Shown here: positions 57,285 to 64,000 of the stretch, in pieces | Numbering within the stretch: the first letter of the stretch is position 1 | Layout: the number at the start of each line of letters is the position of its first letter | Position numbers and translations under genes: made by a program | DNA from: the human T2T-CHM13v2.0 reference genome, Homo sapiens | Direction: 5' to 3' (one strand) | Assembly (NCBI RefSeq): GCF_009914755.1 | Contig: NC_060935.1 | DNA length: 64,000 nucleotides | The notes under the pieces: model-generated | Told to the model about the DNA's origin: nothing | Database searches by the model: none | Seen by the model: only the letters and a program-made list of their open reading frames with translations

Positions 57285-58965
57285 TTTAATCAAAATATAA
57301 CTTACATAAGGAAAAGTTTACAAATGATAGAGTGTGGTGAATTATCACATGTTGAATATACTCATGTAACCAGCACCCAGATCAAGAAACAGATCATGAC
57401 TAGCTCTTCAGCAGCATCCCTTGTTCTGCCTCCATGTTGCACTCCCTCCCTTTCCTGTACATGTTACTACTGTCCTGACCTCTAGCACCATGAATTACTT
57501 TGCCTGTTTTTGAGCTTTATGTAAATATATATAAATGTAATCATACCGTTTGTATTCTCTTGTGCCTGTCTTCTGTCACTTGAGATTACGTTTGTGAGAT
57601 TTATCCATGTTGCATGTGGCAGTATGTGTTCATTTTCCTGCCTGTGAGGCATTTGGTTATATGAATATGCCACAATTTATATACCTATTCTAGGGCTGAA
57701 GGGCATTTGAGTATTTCCACTTGGATGCTACTACAAATAATGTTACTACTAATATTCTTATAGGTATCTTTGGTGCACATATATATGCATTTCTGTTGAT
57801 TTAAGATGGTATTGCTGGGTGATAGGGTAAGAGTATGTTCAGCTTCAGTAAACACTGCCAAAGAATTTAGCAGCAAAATTGCTAATTTTCACTTCTATCA
57901 ACAGTGTGTGAAAGTTCTAGTTAACATCACTGGATATTGTTAATTCTTTTAAATTTAGCCAAACTGTTAGATACGCAGTACTATTTCATTGTAGATTTAA
58001 TTTTTATTTCCCTATTGACTACTGAGGTTGAGAGCCTTTGCATATGTTTATTGGCCATTGGGCACCTTCTTTTGTGAAGTATTAGTTTGTGCATTTGTCT
58101 TTCTTATTTTTCTTCTGTTGAGTTGTCTGTCTTTTTCTTATTGATCTGAAATAGTTCTTTATGTATTTTAGATAAAAGTCAGTTTCTGGTTATATGGTTG
58201 CAAATATCTTCTTTGACACTGTGACTTGCTTCTTCACTCTTAATGGTATCTTTTGATGAGCAAAAGTTTGATATCACCCCATTTATATATCTTCTCCTTT
58301 ATTGTTAGTGCTTTTTTAATGCTCTATGTAAGAAATCTTTGTTACTCCAAGGTCATTCGCATTTTATTTCATGCTGCCTTCTTAAAATTTTGTTTTGCTT
58401 TTCACATTTAGCTGTACAATCTATGTGGAATTTACTCTGTGTATGATGTGAGTTAAGGGCCAAGATTTACCTTTTTCTGCATGGTCATTCAGTTGTCCTA
58501 GCACCACTTACTGAAAAGATTATCTTTTCTCCATTGCTCTGATGTATTAGGTTGGTGTGAAAGTAATTGTGGTTTTTGCCATGGCAAAACCATTAATGGC
58601 CAAAACTGCAATTACTTTTGCACCAACCTAATACATCCTTTGTCATAAACCAAGCTTCTGTATATTTGTGGAACTTTCCTGGACCCTAAGCTGATCAACT
58701 GGCCCATTTTTCTTACCTTGCTATAGTCCACTGGCTTAGTTTCTGTAGCTGTGTAAGTCTTGATATCTGGGAGTATAAGCCCTTCAATTTTGCACTTCTT
58801 TCATTAAGATTGTCTTGGACAATCTTGGCCCTTTGCATTTCCATATAAATTTTAGAACCAGCTTGTCAATATCACAAAGAGCATACTGGGATTTTAATTT
58901 AGATTGATGAAACCTATAGATCAATTTGAGGATAATTGACATCTTTAGCAATACTGAGCCAACCA
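57285..58965 (-). mobile_element. Old L1M (L1MC/L1ME-like) fragment
   Basis: ORF 58784..58981 (LIYRF...DKLVLKFIWKCKGPRLSKTIL) is ORF2-like; L1M 3' UTR motifs at 57290-57700. Confidence 0.8.
58547..58631. mobile_element. Made1 (Hsmar1-derived mariner MITE)
   Basis: TIRs TTAGGTTGGTGTGAAAGTAATTG...CAATTACTTTTGCACCAACCTAA with TA on both sides; inserted in an old L1M. Confidence 0.92.
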
Positions 58966-59597
58966 GTCTAGGAACACTCAAGTAAATTTAATAGCACGTC
59001 AACTCCGCACTGGTCACTGTGCTGAGCTTAGATGGGTTCTTACCCTTGAACGTCTTACAAATGTGTAAAGAAACACATAAACACAAAATATAATCTAATT
59101 CGATACTCTTATCACTGATAATAATGAGTTCATATTTACTAAGGACTTTACACATATTACTTCATTTATAGCTTGCACTGATACTTTGAGGTAAGTGCTG
59201 TTACTATGCCTATTATGTAGGTATTTTTAATTTCAGTAGGGTCCAAGAGAAAAGGCATGCAGGTCTTTATGGGGAAATCAGAGGAAACATCACACAAACG
59301 GTGGAGATTTGGCTGACTTTTGAAGTTTGCAGAATGGAGGAGCTTGACCATTCCAAGTTATATGAGTAGCTCGTGAAAAAATACAACAGGGCGACATGAC
59401 ATGGATTTTCAGGAAACTTCTAGAGAGTGAATCCAAGGATTGAAATGTAGTATGGCAGGGGAATGGGAGCATGGTTAGTGAAGCTGGAGAGGCAGAGCCT
59501 GAGGGCTTCTTGGTCTGCGGAGTTTGAGCTTTGTCCTAAAGGCAGTGGCTGTGGAGCAGGGATTATCTGTCTTGGCTGGGGTTCCCCGGAGGCTGAT

Positions 59598-60029
59598 TGT
59601 ATTCATTTCCTAGGACTGCTGTACAAATTACTATAAATTGTTGGCTTGAAACAACATAAATTTATTCTCTCATATTTCTGGAGGCTAGACATCTGAAATC
59701 AAGGTATCCGACGGTGTTTTCTTCTGGAGGGCTCTGAGAGAAAGTTGGTTCCATGCCTCTCGCCTGGCTTCTGGTGGTTGTCAACAGGCCTTAGCTTTCT
59801 GCGGCTTGTAAATGCATGGCTCTAATATCTGCCTCTGTCATCTCGTGGCATTCTTCCCTGTGTGTCTCTGTGTCTTTTCTTATAGGGACATAAGTTGTAT
59901 GGGATTTAGGGCCCACCTGAATCCAGCATTACCTCATCTTAACAAACTGCATCTGCAAAGACCCTATTTCCAAATGAGTTCACATTCCCAAGTATGGATT
60001 AGAACTTCAACATATCTTAAACCGTAACA
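59598..60029 (-). mobile_element. MaLR LTR (MLT1B/C-like), apparently nested in an older ERVL LTR (about 59568-60420)
   Basis: TGTATTCATTTCCTAGGACTGCTGTACAAATTAC...GCATCTGCAAAGACCCTATTTCCAAAT...TAACA. Confidence 0.75.
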
Positions 60030-60550
60030 CAAGCCTCAGATGAGGATTCAGATGAAAGTGATTCTTTTAAGGAAATGCTCCCAGGGGAAACTAGTAAGAG
60101 AGTAGGGGAAGCAGGACAGCAACTGGGAAGGTGTCCTGCCAGCCTGTGATCCCAGGCATGGTCCCTTCAGGTAGTTTCAGTCAGATCCTGCGGGGCCATT
60201 TTGGAGTGTAAAGTGCCTCTAAGAATTGTCCTCACCTGATGCAAGGCAGCTGGACCTTTCATCTTAGGCAGAGTAGGCTCCAGTAACCTGAGGACCAGGG
60301 ACACAAGAGCCACAGGGGCTGGCCACGGGAAGCAGAAATATATTAGTGCCAGGGTCACATTAAAATGTAAAAAGGTATTTGAAGAAATCTGGATGAAGTA
60401 TCCTTAGTGTTTGTTACTTTGTCCTCTGTTCCCTTTCCTCCAGAATTGTGTATAATGGCCTTGAAGACCACCCACCCTCACCCTAGAGAGTCTAAGACTG
60501 CTTTTTGGCTGTCTGTCTGTCCTTCAGAGATTCCCAGCTCTGTCCCCTGA

Positions 60551-60935
<385 letters not shown>

Positions 60936-61135
60936 CTTCTTTCTTTTTTTCTATCTGATCTTTTACAGACATCAGTAGCTCCTTTACTTTTGTGGGATAA
61001 CCGGCCAATCACAGCATGTCATTTACCTTCTTTATGTCTTAGAGTTCTTTGCTGTGTCATTCTGTTGGTGGCTCAAGAGCAGCCACTACATTATCCAAGA
61101 CAGTGGTTTTATTTGTTGGAGTTTTAGGGTACTTC

Positions 61136-61210
61136 TTTTTATTATTATTATTATATTTTAAGTTTTAGGGTACATGTGCACAACGTGCAGGTTTGTTACA
61201 TGTGTATACA
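61136..61210 (-). mobile_element. Extremely 5'-truncated L1PA (75 bp)
   Basis: TTTAAGTTTTAGGGTACATGTGCACAACGTGCAGGTTTGTTACAT is the L1PA 3' terminus. 12-bp TSD TTAGGGTACTTC (61124-61135) / TTAGGGCACTTC (61211-61222). Confidence 0.85.
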
Positions 61211-61828
61211 TTAGGGCACTTCATTTTCAAGACTAAAACTAGTTTAAGGAATTTGGAAGACTAAATGCCCCTCTTTAACAGGAGGCTGCATATCATACTC
61301 ACAAATATTATATGTCAAATGAATTGATTTTTTAAAGTTTAAAAACTTAATAATCAGTCAATATTTGTGGAAGATCTATAACATGATGAATATATTCGGT
61401 TTGTGAAGCCTTGGATATAGTGTTAAACTGGGGAGTGGGCCTTCAAATCTGACCCTAAGTTGCCCACTGGATGATTTTATGATCTTAGGTGTGTCTGTTG
61501 ACCTTTCTATGTTTTACTTTCCTATCCGTGAAATTGGAGAGCTGAATTAGAAGATACTTGAGATCCCTTGAAGGTCTAATAGTCTGTAACTCCATATCTA
61601 ATGTCCAGGATCTTAGCACTTTTATGCAGGCAGTAAAGTAATTTAAATCTCAATTTACATCAATTTAAAGAAACTTGAATTGAACATCTATTAGATGCCA
61701 GGCTCTGTGCTAGGTTCTGGGGATAAAAAGAGAATGAAAACCCAGCCCCTCTCCTGTATTAGCACAGCCCAGTGGAGAAGGCAAATCAACAAAGAATTGC
61801 AATTCAGTTCAAAAAAATACTGCAATAA

Positions 61829-62219
<391 letters not shown>

Positions 62220-62556
62220 GAGCTAGATTTTAACGGAAAAATCGTTTCCTGGGTAGATGTAGGAATGAAGAGTATAACAGACTTATAATTCCAGCTGCTG
62301 TAACAGGTGGCCCTCCACAACATAAGTTTATTTCCAGCTCATGCGAAGTACAGTATGGATGTTTCTGGTCAGTAGGTGATTTTCCGTGGGGTTGTTTAAA
62401 ATCCCCAGTTTCCTTCCCTCTTGTGGTTCCACGGCCCTGCTCCTGGGACATCAGAGTCTTCTGCTGGACCCTGCATTAAGCAGGCAAAGGCAAGAGAGTG
62501 AGAGTGCAGGGTCATGTGGAAAGCTTGTACAGGTCAGGCTTGGAAGTAGAGTATAG

Positions 62557-62759
62557 CAGTACTCCCTTATCCGAGGTTTTGCTTTCTGTGGTTTCAGTTA
62601 CCTGCAGTAAACTGTGGTCCAAAACTATCAATTGGAAAATTCCAAAAATAAACAATTCATAAGTTTTAAATTGCATGCTGTTTTGAGTATTGTTATGATT
62701 GTGTCTTATTAGTTATTGTTGATTTCCTACTGTGCCTAATTTATAAATTAAACTTTATC

Positions 62760-62796
<37 letters not shown>

Positions 62797-62897
62797 GGAA
62801 AACCATAGTAAGCATAGGGTTTGGTACTATCCATGATTTCAGGCATCCATTTGGGGTCTTGGCATGTGTCTTGGCCTTATCTGCAGGGGGCTACTGT
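62557..62897. mobile_element. MER44A-like Tigger MITE, nested in an MLT1-like LTR (about 62270-63040)
   Basis: CAGTACTCCCTTATCCGAGGTTTTGCTTTCTGTGGTTTCAGTTACC...GGGGGCTACTG followed by TA; contains (TATG)8. Confidence 0.75.
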
Positions 62898-63440
62898 ATA
62901 TCATGTCTGTCCATGACTTCCACTGGCAGAACTTGGTTATAAAGCTGACTTAACTGCAAAGGAGGCTGGGAAATGCAGTGTAGCTGTTTCCACAAGAAAA
63001 ATGAAATATGTTTTGAAGAACACACAGCAGCCTCTGCCACAAAGGTCATCCTACAGGATTTTGTGCTGTGAAGAACTAGTTTTCTCTTGGGCCAGTCTAA
63101 TGGAAGTGTAATGTTAGACAATTGTGAAGATTGAGTTTCTGACCAGGGACTATCTTTATCAAATTGTGGTTATTGGGAGAGAGCTCACCACACCCCTGGT
63201 TGGGTCAAGAATCCCCAAGTAAGATAGCAGCTCAGATATTTAACAGGTTCTGAAATGTAAGAGGGAGCTGGGTGAAGAGGGTAAGAGTTCTCACCTCAAT
63301 GGATGAAGGCCTCAACACTGTCCACGGCCTCTGTAACTCACAGGTCTGGGATATCGATGGAGAACTCAGGTCTATCCCATTTGACAAATGGACAATAATT
63401 GATTCTTATACTTAAAACCTGCTTTTTTCTCTCTCTGCAG

Positions 63441-63547
63441 TAACACTTTCAGCTGCTCCTCCCTCCTACTTCAGAGGATTCACATTAATTGCCCTCAGAG
63501 AGAACAGAGAGGGTGATAAGGAAGAAGACCATGCTGGGACCTTCCAG
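63441..63547 (+). CDS. SPON1: Spondin-1 coding exon 2 (107 nt, aa 80-115, reelin domain)
   Basis: Polypyrimidine acceptor TTTTTTCTCTCTCTGCAG| and donor CAG|GTAAGA. Joined to exon 1 in phase it reads VTLSAAPPSYFRGFTLIALRENREGDKEEDHAGTFQ, continuing the F-spondin sequence. It is absent from the ORF track because it is short and lacks its own start. Confidence 0.96.
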
Positions 63548-64000
63548 GTAAGACCCTGCCTGGGCTTATTCAGTGGCCCTCCCTGCCCTAGGAGGTAGAG
63601 GCTGGAGAGGTACAAGTGTCTCAGGTGGCTTCCCATGCAGTCCCTTGACCGTTGGCCAACGGGGGCAGGTCCATTTGAAAGGGTCATCATGGAGCAAGCA
63701 GCAAATGCCGCACACCTATCTGAGCAAGGTTGGCCATGGGGCAGGCCTTGTTTTGTCTCAGCAGATCACGGGGCTCTTCTCTGGGCCCACAGTGTCCTTC
63801 AGCAGCCAAGCGTGGGGAGAGCACTTGGAGCCCTGGCTAGGCCTGGCTGTTTTGCCTGCACAGGCATTTCGTGATTGACTGGTTAATTCTCAAATGTAAA
63901 CGGAACAAGAGCTCGGGACCGCCAGGCTGGAGGGAGTTCAAAGCACAGGAGAAGGACTATTAAGGGAATGTAGAGATTGATTTATGAGGGAAGATTAAAA

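Overview
Human/great-ape genomic DNA containing the 5' end of SPON1 (F-spondin; from recall, chr11p15). The first ~43 kb is repeat-rich upstream sequence. It is followed by a CpG-island promoter, coding exon 1 (43498-43735), a 19.7-kb intron 1 and coding exon 2 (63441-63547). The spliced exons give the first 115 aa (signal peptide plus start of the reelin domain). The rest is mostly interspersed repeat: a full-length but inactivated L1PA (minus strand, with an AluY nested in ORF2), two tiny L1PA insertions with TSDs, about ten Alus, MaLR/ERV LTRs, hAT and mariner/Tigger MITEs, MIR/L2 relics and microsatellites. I see no prokaryote-type or clearly new multi-gene system. The most unusual observations are an unexplained ~46-52 bp inverted duplication at 12977-13130, a rearranged Made1 hairpin in intron 1, the L1 antisense promoter pointing at SPON1, a CpG-mosaic AluY, a 127-codon open in-frame extension upstream of the SPON1 ATG, and several candidate regulatory elements. 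Repeat subfamily names come from recalled consensus sequences and need RepeatMasker/Dfam confirmation.
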